Translations under genes and position numbers: made by a program
Origin: Octopus vulgaris
Taxonomy: Eukaryota
DNA length: 64,000 nt
Direction: 5' to 3'
NCBI GenBank assembly: GCA_951406725.2
Contig: OX597815.1
Location: 48,608,001 to 48,672,000, forward strand
The notes under the pieces: model-generated
Databases searched by the model: none
Seen by the model: only the letters and a program-made list of their open reading frames with translations
Told to the model about the DNA's origin: nothing
Shown: positions 1-11,178 of the stretch, piece by piece
How the letters are laid out: each line of letters begins with the position of its first letter
How positions within the stretch are numbered: the stretch's first letter is position 1

Positions 1-781
1 GATTATTCTAGTCATAACTGTTTTATCTTTCTCCTATGTACAGTGAATCCATGACTACATTAATCTAACAGACAAGCTTCATTTTAAGACAACTGAGTTT
101 GATTTTAGGGTGATTCAGCTGATATTTCTAGCAGGTCAAGCGACTACTTAGAAACTCTCTGGTTGCTTAAAGATCAGATTGAGATTTCAGTAGGGTATTC
201 TTCAGAACTAACACACAATTTATCTTGAACATTTAGCACCACAGTAGGTGGGTTAGGATAAATGCAAAACAAAAAAAAAGTATTTTTAAGATAACCATGT
301 TATTAATTTATTTCATATTTAAGGCGCCAAGGATTCAAAAGTGAGAGAGGGAAGGAGAAAGAGAGAGAGAAATTCACATATGATGAACTGATTTTTAAGT
401 TTTTATTCATTTGGTCAAAGGAAGATGCACAGTACCCATGACCTTTCCAGACTATTGAGATCGATTCTATTGATGTTTTGATAAAATATCCATAGGTCAA
501 TATCCACTGAGAAAACGTGGGTGGGGAGAGAATCATCTCTGTACAGAAATGTTTGTGAGAGGAAAAAGTTTTAATGTAAGTGTTTGATGAGCTCAGATGC
601 AGCAGAATCCAGGATGGGTATTGTATTATTACTGTTGTTTAACCCAAGGTTAACTCTGATCAAGCAGACCCATAATCGGAAGCATTGTAGAAATAACCAC
701 CAGTCTTGTTTTCTTAGAGGTATATCAAGAATTTGATTATCTAATAAGCATTTTCTTTTTATTTTATTTTATTTTCTAAAG

Positions 782-837
782 ATGATGTGAGGAAAGTTTC
801 GTTACTCTTAGAAGATGAAATGATTGCATTAAATGAG
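782..837 (+). CDS. Candidate 56-nt internal exon of an unidentified host gene, (D)DVRKVSLLLEDEMIALNE
   Basis: CTAAT branch-like motif at 741-745, T-rich tract 751-777, AAG acceptor, open frame and GAG|GTTGGG donor. No homology recognised. Confidence 0.4.
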
Positions 838-904
838 GTTGGGTTAATGTCACAGCTTGCTAGTTCAGAAGAACAGAGACTGCAATCCTTCTTCTGAAGA
901 GGTT

Positions 905-1803
905 CCAGGCCATCCATGATGTCCATACTCGTCCTTCTCAGGGCGGCTTCCATCCCGGGAGAGGGTGCATTGATCAAATCTTTAGTCTCCAGCGAGTCCT
1001 GGAACAGCGGTGGGTGCACCAACAACCTACCGTTCTCTGCTCCATCGATTTTGTGGCTGCCTTCAACTCAGTGGATCGGGAGGCCCTCTGGCATATTATG
1101 CAGGCAGACGGTATCCCTGTGAAGCTGCTAAACCTCATACAGGGCTACTATTGTTCAACGAGGGCTCGTGTGAGGGTCTATGGTGGGGAGACGGAGTAAT
1201 TTGATGTCACTACCGGTGTTTGACAGGGTTGTGTGCTCTTGCCAACCCTATTCAATTACACCATTGATTACATTTTCAACACTGTGCTTCGGGACTACCC
1301 GGGTGTAGAGGCTGGGAGAGAAGTCATGGTGATGGGCCTGGCCTATGCAGATGACATCGTGTTCTTGGGCTCTAACCAGGCAGATGTCCAAGATGCTCTC
1401 GAAAGGGTGCATGCGCCAGTGGCAACTGTTGGTCTTTGGATCAATGCTGGCAAAACCAAAGTAATGACGTTTCTGGTCGCAGCAGATGACTGGCAGCCAA
1501 TTGTTCTCAAGGGCATGGAGCTGGAGGATGTGGAGTCCTTCGTCTACTTGGGTTCAATGGTGGTTTCAATGGGCCAGGGCACAGCCGAGGTCGAGCGTCA
1601 CATAAGTGCTGCCAGATCTGCATTCGTGCGCCTCCAGCGGTGCCTGTGGGACAGAAGAGAGATCTCCTTGGTGACCAAAGGGTGAATCTACCAGGTCGTC
1701 GTTCATACTATCCTCCTCTATGGTTGTGAAACATAGCTCATGAGGGTAGTCGATCAGTGAGGGCTGGAGGTGTTCGACAATGACTGTCTCCGAGTATTTC
1801 TGT
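905..1803 (+). mobile_element. Degenerate RTE-clade LINE reverse transcriptase fragment
   Basis: Translates across stops and frameshifts to QGGFHPG.GCIDQIFSL, IDFVAAFNSVDREALW, GV*QGCVLLPTLFN, LAYADDIV, FVYLGS, LLYGCET. GC-rich relative to flanks. Confidence 0.92.
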
Positions 1804-2850
1804 CTACAAGTATTTCCTGACAAATGCACATCCTCTCCTCCAACTAATAAAAACTGCATTTCAAAGAATAACTTTCCTCCTCAGAACTAGTTGATAATTC
1901 AGTCTCTCAAAACTACTCACCCTTAACTAGACTCAGGTGAGATCCATGATGGAATGCATTTGAGATGGTCCTTCTGCTACACATGCAGAAGTCATTAGTA
2001 CATTGAAAATGGTGGATTAACTGAAAAATGTAGAAAGATTGAAGAAAAAGAAAACTCATGAAATATCTCCATTATTAAAAAAAAAACAACTGGCTAATTA
2101 TACAAATAAAAAAATGGTTAATTATACTATTAAAGACGGTTGAGTTACAATAAACCCATGACGAAATATTCAGCATAGGAAGTGCACAGCAAGTTCAGCA
2201 TTGTGAAACATTGCAAGAGAATATGAATGAACACACACACACACACAAAAAAAGCATTTTATAACAACATTTGGAGTGAATGTGTTGTGTTTACAAAAAC
2301 ACAAATGTTCTTTGGTTATTTAATGTCCAAAGAAGAAATCTGCCTAGCAACAGACAAAATTCAAATAATATCTTTTAACAACTATTAATAGCATCAGTCT
2401 ATAGATGACAAATTCCCCGAAGTTGAGGAAAATGAGAGGTTAAAAGAGATGTGAGAAATGCTGAATTGTCTGTCAAGGATTCATCCTGACAAATGACAAG
2501 TTCTAAATATCCTATAGAAATCTTTAGTTTACATAACTATTAGTTCATCCACACTGCAACAAAATAAAGAGCACCGATTGGCTAAAATGTTGTACAATGT
2601 ATGATCCTGACTGAATTCTGGAGATTTTGGTCCATGTGGTCACCAAGTCTAAGAATAGACATCATATTCAATGTTGCTTACATGACAGTCCAGATACATT
2701 AAATAATGTATAGAGAGTACCAATCCATGATGGTGATAGAATGGCAGAATTATAAGAACGTTGAACTGGAATACTGGTTATCTTGTATTTGTTCTGGCTT
2801 TTTATGTTCTGTAGTAAAAGCTCACCATAACATTCTTAGGTAGTAGACTT

Positions 2851-3302
2851 AACATAAAAGCAGTGTTATTGTATGGGGCTGAGACATGGCGAACAACAGT
2901 TAAGTCAAATAAGCAAATACAATAATTCATCAATAGATGCTTGCGTAGTATACTTAAAATTAGATGACCCGAACACATAAGCAATATGGAGCTATGGCAA
3001 AAAACAAATGAAGTTTCAATTAGGGAGCAAATAGTTAAGAAAAAGTGGAAGTGGATTGGTAGCACAATTACAAAAGACACACCAAATGTAGCGAAAAGTG
3101 CTTTACAGTGGACACCGGATGGATACAGAAAGAGCGGTAGGCCTATGAACTCGTGGCGTAGATCAACACAAAAGGAACTAGAGAAAAGGGGACATTCATG
3201 GCAGAGTAAAAGTACAGAAGCCAAAAATTATGCGACATGGAATTCAACTATAAGTGGCCTATACTCCGCATTGGAGGGTTAAAGGCATAAAGAAAGAAAA
3301 GA
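2851..3302 (+). mobile_element. 3' end of a second RTE-clade LINE (5'-truncated)
   Basis: NIKAVLLYGAETW, CLRSILKIR*P, WKWIGS, ALQWTPDGYRKSGRPMNSWRR; stop at 3282 followed by an AAAG-type tail. Confidence 0.88.
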
Positions 3303-4229
3303 CTTAATCAGAGGCTAGCGTCAGATCAGTGGACTGGCTGAATCACAACAACATTAGCTCTAGGAAGCATCAGTTTTATGGGAGTTTCTACAGTGTCATC
3401 AGTTTCCCCACTGTGTTGTTGAGGACCAGCTATTTTCTTTTGGAAATATAGAATTGGATTTTCTTTTACTGTTTGTGGTATTATTTGTCAGACTATTGTG
3501 TTTATTGTATAGAATACAGACAATGTAAGTTATTTTGTTGGCTCATGATCGTGTTTTGTATTTGCTATATGTTAAAATTATTGTTACTGGGACATTGTAT
3601 TTGTTGTGCTAGTGGTGAGAAATATTGTCTTGGAAAAAAAGTTCCTGCCATTTTTAAAGTAAAATTAAGAAACAATATTTAGATATCTGTATGTACTTCT
3701 GTTCAACCACATATATCCTATTTTGTTCCATTGCTTTCTGCCATCTTTGAGCCAGCTTCATGGTCCTAGCTGCTCAGAAATTGGCATCTTTCTGAGTCTG
3801 GAACCAGTTTAAGTGGTCTTTACAGTATTCCCAAGAACTGTTGTTTTTCTCATTGAGACATTTGTTTAGGTATCAAAATAATTCATACTCTGAAGATGCA
3901 AGGTCACTTGAGTACCGTGGGTGTGGAAGGACATCCTAGCCAAACTAACAATTTCTGTTGGATCTACAAGAAAAACATTTCTCTGATGGAAGATGACACT
4001 CTTCTGATTTGCCAATTCTGGACATTTATCAGTGGCTTAGTTTGGAATAGTAATTGTCAGAATTCAGCATACAATTTTGCAGAAGCTCATAGTACACAAG
4101 AACCTTCTGATCCCACTAGATACCGAGAATCTCATTCTTCAGTTACTAACCAGCTTCTAGAGTTATTAAAGGTGGTTCAAGCCGTTTTCTCCACTAGTTT
4201 GCTCACTCCACATTGTTGCACACAATCCA

Positions 4230-4740
4230 TTTTTTTATTACCTGTGGTTGTTCTTGCCAAAATGGATAATTTTTGTTGTATTTGAGCAGAGTGTCACAGA
4301 AGGAAATGCAGTCCATTCAATCATTTTCCAATAAATTACGAGGTACCCAACCATCATAGGGATTTATTTATCCAAGTATTTTTAAATGCATTATAATGCT
4401 CATATGAGATATGTAGAGTGTCTTGTAGTGTCTCATATTGTGAGTAGGATTATATTGGATTAGCATTTCAATTTGGTCATCAGTGGCTATAGGTCTGCTG
4501 GAATGTTCCTGGTCTTCTACATTCAAATTTTCACTCTTAAACCAAGTGAACCACTGTTGATCAGTACTTTTAGCTATGGCACTAGCTCCTTAAACTGTAT
4601 GTTTTTTTTCTGCTTGAACAGCATTTTTTTACTTTCTGGAAATAAAAGAACATCAAATGATGAAAATGTTTCTCATCTTCCTCCATTTTCACTTTCAATG
4701 TGAAAGCAGTGGAAATAAACCATCCACTCAGTAAATACAT
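4230..4740 (-). mobile_element. Mariner transposase remnant (N-terminal HTH region)
   Basis: Minus strand from 4686 reads MEEDEKHFHHLMFFYFQK, then after frameshifts AIAKSTDQQWFTWFKSENLNVEDQEHSSRP, matching the mariner WF.RF..G...LED..RSGRP pattern. Confidence 0.75.
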
Positions 4741-5382
4741 AGAAATATATGTCAAAATGTCACCTTAAAAGGACTGTAACACTTGACTGCACATGATATT
4801 GTTTTACCAGTGATGGCTAAAACAAGCTAATAAGAGAAGAACTAAAGGAAAAGGTTGACAGATGAGAGACATTACAAAATGTCAATCAGTGTCGATGGGA
4901 CTTACAACAAGGAGGAAAAGATAAGAAGAAACAAGGAGAAAAACTGAGTGAAAAGGAATGAAAGTAAATTATATTACAGTTCTCAAGCAAATGTGGTTAG
5001 TCATTGACTAAGACTGTGGTGACTGAACAACATCAAAGAATGGTGGAAAACTTAAGATAGACTGATAACTTGGAAAGATGAGGTAAGAATATATCTCTCT
5101 TGCCTTCTGAGACTATAAATTTTGATTGGTTCATTAATTGATTGACTCTAAAAGAGAAACAGTCACCTCAAGGTCAGTTGGGGGTCCTAAGCAAAAGATA
5201 ACATAATAAATATATGATGAATGCCAACTTGTAACAGAAGATGGTGTAGTTGGCATTGGTATTTGACAACTATAATAACAATATTATAGACTATATTTAA
5301 GGCACTTTTTCTCTCCCCCAAAATATCTCAAAAACTCACTCTGGATCCTATTTGCAAAGTATGAACCTATATTGGTTTCATA

Positions 5383-5587
5383 TTTTGGCACATGGCCAGG
5401 AGGTTTGGGGGAGCAGGTAAGTCAGTTGCACCAGACCCAGTGCTCAACTGGTACTTATTTTATTGACCCTGAAAGGATGAAAGGCCAAATAGAGCTTGGT
5501 GGAATTTGATCTTAAAATGTAAAGATGGATGAAATATTGCTAAGCATTTTGCCTGGAACAGTAATGATTGAGCAAGTTGGCCACTTT
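5383..5587 (-). mobile_element. tRNA-derived SINE with Meta-like central domain (family M)
   Basis: Reverse complement contains GCCTTTCATCCTTTCAGGGTCAATAAAATAAATAAGTACCAGTTGAGCACTGGG, which recurs more than 10 times in the window. Confidence 0.75.
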
Positions 5588-5734
5588 TGTTTGATCCTAT
5601 ATTACATGCTTTAAGCACTAAAACCTGTTTTTCTGAATATGCCCAGTAGATATTAGGGTACATGTGATATTCCCATGCATCTTTACAGCCACCAAATATG
5701 ATATGATATGATATATATATATATATATATATAT

Positions 5735-6012
5735 ATTATTCTATAATTATATACATAATTATAACAAGGGGTCAGCTATGTGCCTTGCCATGTACTGAAT
5801 TAGAAATAGACACTGATGACTTTTCTACTACAAAGGTAGTAGAAAAGACATTAGCATCTATTACTAATTCAAAATGTGGTGAAGCACATAGCTGAGCCCT
5901 TGTTATAATTATGTATATAATTACAGAATAATTTGTAAAATTTATCTAAAAAGTTTTTATTTACGTATTGACTACTTGGTAAAATTATTAATGATTTTAC
6001 CCCATATTATTT
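5735..6012 (+). mobile_element. Fold-back non-autonomous element in (TA)n: ~200-bp imperfect palindrome plus 3' tail (Penelope-like family)
   Basis: Arms 5735-5830 and 5837-5932 are reverse complements. The tail TACTTGGTAAAATT...TTTTACCCC is shared with 8235-8275, 57491-57510 and, reverse-complemented, 41884-41930. Confidence 0.75.
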
Positions 6013-6273
6013 ATATATATAAAAGCGAGTTTGGAGGGATATGTTATCTGGGCAGTTACTGTATCAGCTCTCAGTTAGGTTCCAGTTAATGGCTAACCAC
6101 AACAATCAGTATTTGATGTCTGTGATTACAAATTGTTGAAGCTGCAATGAGAACATTGGAGGGTGGAATTGGCAATAATGCAGCAGAAACACGTATAAGT
6201 CATTATAATGTGTTGTATATAACTATAAAATTAATGTTGTGGATGTACAAGTTTCCCTACTCTATATTATTAA

Positions 6274-6466
<193 letters not shown>

Positions 6467-6840
6467 GTGTGTATATAGTACAAAGTAAGATAGGGGTTAT
6501 GGATGTAACCCACTATGGGATATCAATTATCATATATTCTGTTGGTAAAGTAACCAAATTCTTAATACACAAATGTTTTTAATTGCAATGTAATTAATTC
6601 ATTTATTGTATTTAAGGTAAAGAAATATTTTTACTGTAAATTTATAATACAAATAAGAAAATGGAGAAACAGATTCAGTTTGTTCATCAACTTACGGATA
6701 TTATAATGTTAGATTATTTATTCATTTTACAAATGAGAACATCAAAAGCATACAAAATATTATATAAATCAATAGATAATATAATAATACAAATACAGGT
6801 TTTAAAAGTCATATTATAAATCATTGAAATCCATAAACTA

Positions 6841-6978
6841 CTTCTTACAGCTGTTTCAGCCTATGGTCAAAAGTGAATCCAATTTACATTGCCTATAGAT
6901 GTCAATATATTAGGGTTGTAGGCATTTAAAAAATATATAACTTATATGTTAAAAGAACTATAGGCCTCGTCAGAGGAT
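6841..6978 (-). ncRNA. Type I hammerhead ribozyme-like motif with ~95-nt helix II loop
   Basis: Minus strand: AUCCU-CUGACGA-GGCCUAU...AUAGGCU-GAAAC-AGCU-GUA-AGAAG. Intact core, 7-bp helix II, palindromic helix III; helix I weak. Confidence 0.7.
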
Positions 6979-7343
6979 ATAATTAACTTGAAAAATATAA
7001 TAATAATATTAATATACTAAACATGCTGCACTTATTTCTTAATATATACAAATAAACAATAAGCAAATACATATATCATCATCATCATCATCATCGTTTA
7101 GCGTCCGTTTTCCAGTATGTAAAAGGACCATTTAAGGCGAATTCAAAATATTACATTATATAATTAGGGCTTAGTAAAATAAATTACTTTGCCACATACT
7201 GAATTTGCTAGAAATAGCAGCCAAAAAAGTTTTTTTGCCATTTCCACTACTTAAAGAAAATTTCTCTCAGATAATGTTTACTCAAAATAACTCACGAAGG
7301 TATGGAGGTAAAAACAGAAAAATATCACAAGTACAAAGATTAT

Positions 7344-7404
7344 TTGAGAACGTTAACGTTTCTAGATTAGCCAAATAAACTCAGCATTTCTTTCGTCAGC
7401 TCAA
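7344..7404 (-). ncRNA. Type I hammerhead ribozyme, copy 1
   Basis: UUGAG-CUGACGA-AAGA-AAU-GCUGAG-UUUA-UUUGGC-UAA-UCUA-GAAAC-GUUAAC-GUU|CUCAA. Perfect 5-bp helix I, full core, 12-nt palindrome AACGUUAACGUU; non-canonical A10.1-A11.1. Confidence 0.8.
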
Positions 7405-7907
7405 CATTTCTTATTTTGGATTTGGAAGCACTAATAAGAAAGAACATACCCTTTGGCGACTTATCACCTCAGATGACCAGTTCAGACTGCCAGTACCAAC
7501 AAATTCAAAATGTGCAAGCGAAGATTCCCTGCTCTCCCCTTCCACCCACGTGGGTTATCTAGCAAACATTATATTTTAACGGTGAGAACCGAGGCAATAT
7601 GACAGAGAGAAATGAATTATAATATCAACAATTGAGGGTAAAATTAATTAGTTATTAATCAATTTCACCAAGTATTCAGTATGTAAAAGGACCATTTAAG
7701 GCGAATTCAAAATATTACATTATATAATTAGGGCTTAGTAAAATAAATTACTTTGCCACATACTGAATTTGCTAGAAATAACAGCCAAAAAAGGTTTTTG
7801 CCATTTCCACTACTTAAAGAAAATTTCTCTCAGATAATGTTTACTCAAAATAACTCACGAAGTGTATGGAGGTAAAAACAGAAAAATATCACAAGTACAA
7901 AGATTAT

Positions 7908-7968
7908 TTGAGAACGTTAACGTTTCTAGATTAGCCAAATAAACTCAGCATTTCTTTCGTCAGCTCAA
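7908..7968 (-). ncRNA. Type I hammerhead ribozyme, copy 2 (identical)
   Basis: Same sequence as 7344-7404, 564 bp away. Confidence 0.8.
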
Positions 7969-9718
7969 CATTTCTAATCTAGAAACGTTAACGTTCTCAA
8001 ATAATCTTTGTACTTGTGATATTTTTCTGTTTTTACCTCCATACCTTCGTGAGTTATTTTGAGTAAACATTATCTGAGAGAAATTTTCTTTAAGTAGTGG
8101 AAATGGCAAAAAAACTTTTTTTGGCTGCTATTTCTAGCAAATTCAGTATGGTGCAAAGTAATTTATTTTACTAAGCCCTAATTATATAATGTAATATTTT
8201 GAATTCGCCTTAAATGGTCCTTTTACATACTGAATACTTGGTGAAATTGATTAATAACTAATTAATTTTACCCTCAATTGTTGATATATATATATATATA
8301 CATATATATTGCCAATAACATATTACATAATGGTTCTAACAAGCATTAAGCACTAAGTCCTCTGAAGCCTGAGCAATATAGTCAGGTATATCAGCTCAGT
8401 AATTGAGCAATTGATGAGTACGTTAACACTTAGATGCAGATGGCAGGTGAAATAGATCTTGGTAGAATTTGAACTTAGAATGGAAAGGGAAACAACTGAA
8501 GTTGGCAACACATTCTGTCTTTCACTACGAACTGAGTTTGCCAGTCTAACAGATCTATTGCATTTAGTGCATGCATACAAATACACACACACACACACAC
8601 ACACGTGTGTACACATATACACATTTTTTCTTTTATTAAATACAATAAAGCCACTGGATTTGCAGAATCAGTAGAGCAACGAACAAAATGCATTGCAAAC
8701 TTTAGTTATATATATACATATATGTTTGTTTGTGTGTGTGTGCTTGCACCTGTGTGTGTTTGTGTTTGTGCGTGTGTGTATGTATATGTGCCTGTATGCA
8801 TGTATGAGAGTGTGTATGTGTTATGTGTATGTATGTATGTATGTATGAGTGTAACACTCAAACATATATAATTCATATTTGTAATGTCAGCAGGAATAAC
8901 TGCTTCTCTCTTCTAATTAGTAGTAGGCTGCAGGCTGATGCTCATTCATCCAGAGTACAATTAACCCAACTATACATAGTACCAGACACCCCTCTCTCTC
9001 CCAGCACACACATGCACACATACACACACATGTATATATTCACACACACACACACATATACATACAGACATTCACACACACGTGCATATAATATGTTGTA
9101 TTCTCTGAGTTGAAATTTGTATTTGTATTGCTTTACAGTTTGGTGTACCAAGTTGTGTCTCTACACCCATTATTCACTTGGTGTTTGCTTTATTCCATGT
9201 ATTTCTGTTTGAAATGACTTGATTATGGAGTAGAATCTAAAGACTTTTCTGAAAAAGGATTTTATAACTAACGATTTATGCTTGTTTACATACACCAGCT
9301 CAATGCATGTTCACGCATTTATTAGTGATTTCAAATATAAATGGATATAATTTATCTATGGCTTTTTTTTTTTATTTTCTTCTTATGTCTGTATTTACAT
9401 CTAACAATGGAGTTGTCAATTCTCCTGGATTTTTGTTTTAAATATTCAACATAGTAAAAATCTCAGACACTTCTACATCTAGTAAAATCAAACAAATCAC
9501 ACAATCTCATGATACAGAACACTTGTATGTACTTAGTCTAATCATGAACTAAGATTTGATAATTTAAATGACTGAGCACTTTTCTGAAAGTTACTTTTTA
9601 AAGTGCAAATAACTTGTGTGATTTATAAATTGTATAGTAAATACAAAGGCAGTGAATTGGTAGAGTTGTTAGGGAGGTGGGTAGAATGCTTTGTAATATT
9701 TGATCTGATTCAAATATT

Positions 9719-9990
9719 AAGCATAACTTAATGGCTAGGGTATCTGGTTTACACTCATAAAGACATGAGTTCAATTCCCGACAGTGCATTGTGCCCACAC
9801 TTTATTTTACATTGCTCTAGTCCACTCAGCTGGCAAAAATGAGTTGTGTCTGTAATTCCAAGGGCCAGCCTTGTCACATTCTTTGTCATACTGAATATCC
9901 TTGAGAACTACATTAGGATATGCATGTCTGTGGAATGTTCCGTCACTTGCATGTTAATATCACAAGCAGGCTGTTCTATTTATTGGATTA
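9719..9990 (+). mobile_element. tRNA-derived SINE (family C)
   Basis: Degenerate A/B-box head (GAGTTCAATTCCC), then TTGCTCTAGTCCACTCAGCTGGCAAAAATGAGT and GGCCAGCCTTGTCACATTC; homologous to 47690-48012. Confidence 0.7.
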
Positions 9991-10382
9991 ATGAAGTGCC
10001 AGTTATGTGGTTTGATTCTCTGCATCCCAAGTTCAAATTCTGCTGGCTTTCATCCTTTTGGGGTTGATAAAAAAAAGTTCCAATCCTGAATAGTGGATCA
10101 ATGGAACTGTTAGAGAGTCAAATGAGATGCCTTTGGTATCTGTTTTGGCTCTTTGTATTCTGGCATCAATGTCTTTGAAGACACAGTTGCCAAGTCATAT
10201 TTAATCCAAGTCAGTGACCTTTACTTTGTATAAACATTAGTGGCTTACATGCATGGGCAACTGCCAGTCTTCTTCCAAAAATCTTGCCCAAGCTTGCACA
10301 TAAACAGGCAGATTCATGGTCAGTCCTGACCTTTAGATATCATCATCATCATCATCATCAACCCCCCCACCACCACCACCAC

Positions 10383-10427
<45 letters not shown>

Positions 10428-10463
10428 AATAATGATAATAATAATAGTAATAACAACAACACA

Positions 10464-10728
10464 AAGGTTGTGGTCAGTGAAGAGAGTAGATGTGATACCA
10501 AAAGTAATTGGTGTACTTGGAAGTATCAGCGCTCAACTACCAAAATGGCTGAAAAAGATTGGTGCATGTGTGAAGGTAGAACACCTACAAAAATCAGCAT
10601 TGCTTGGAACTGCAAGAATTCTTCGCAGGGTACTTAAGTATGACCAGTAAACAAGTGTCACCTTAGTCTGCTGACTGTGGACAGCTGACACTTTCCATCA
10701 TACCCAGCAAAATAAGTTGTGAGTTTTC

Positions 10729-10730
<2 letters not shown>
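10464..10730 (+). mobile_element. 3' end of an R4/Dong-like non-LTR retrotransposon (restriction-like endonuclease C-terminus) inserted in (AAT)n
   Basis: RLWSVKRVDVIPKVIGVLGSISAQLPKWLKKIG...LQKSALLGTARILRRVL*, short 3' UTR, AAT repeats on both sides; Dong elements are known to target (TAA)n. Confidence 0.85.
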
Positions 10731-10804
<74 letters not shown>

Positions 10805-11178
10805 CCTTCCTACCATAGGCAGAAGGCATGAAATTTTGGGTGAGGGGGTTAATTGATTACATCAACCTCAGTGCTTAACTGCAACTTGTTTTGACTCTGA
10901 AAAGGATGAAAGACAAAGTTGAATTTGGCAAAATTTGAACCCCAGCACATATAAAACAAAGCAACAGCTTCAAGAAAAAAAAGATTCTTTCTACAACAGA
11001 GGGAAGGGACTAGCCAATTGTACGGAAGTGAATGCTCAACTTGTATCATTTTATCAACCCTGAAAGGATGAGAGACAAGGTCAACCTTGGAAAAATTTGA
11101 ACCCAGAACATAAAGATGGACAAAATTCCGTTATGTATTTTGTCCAGCATGTAATGATTCAGCCAGCTTGCCACCTTA
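10805..11178 (-). mobile_element. Two adjacent family M SINE copies
   Basis: CTGAAA(A)GGATGA motif at about 10897 and 11060, followed by ATTTGAACCC (reverse-complement B box). Confidence 0.7.

Larger units (their letters stand above)
7113..8286. mobile_element. Young tandem plus inverted Penelope-like/retrozyme-like non-coding element, 564-bp period
   Basis: 7113-7410 is repeated almost identically at 7677-7974. 7975-8286 is the reverse complement of about 7622-7933 and ends in (TA)n. No ORF. Confidence 0.85.

Noticed and set aside
759-1025. 88-aa minus-strand ORF
   Set aside because: It is antisense to the LINE fragment and the candidate exon, with no independent support.
5813-5846. CTGATGA...GAAA at the palindrome centre
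   Set aside because: GAAA is buried in the fold-back stem; there is no helix I/III or cleavage triplet.
7207-7219. GCTAGAAATAGCA (and AGAAATAGCAAGTT on the minus strand near 57356-57369) matches part of the Cas9 sgRNA scaffold
   Set aside because: The match is only 13-14 nt, flanking scaffold sequence is absent, and the motif is part of an endogenous repeat found many times here.
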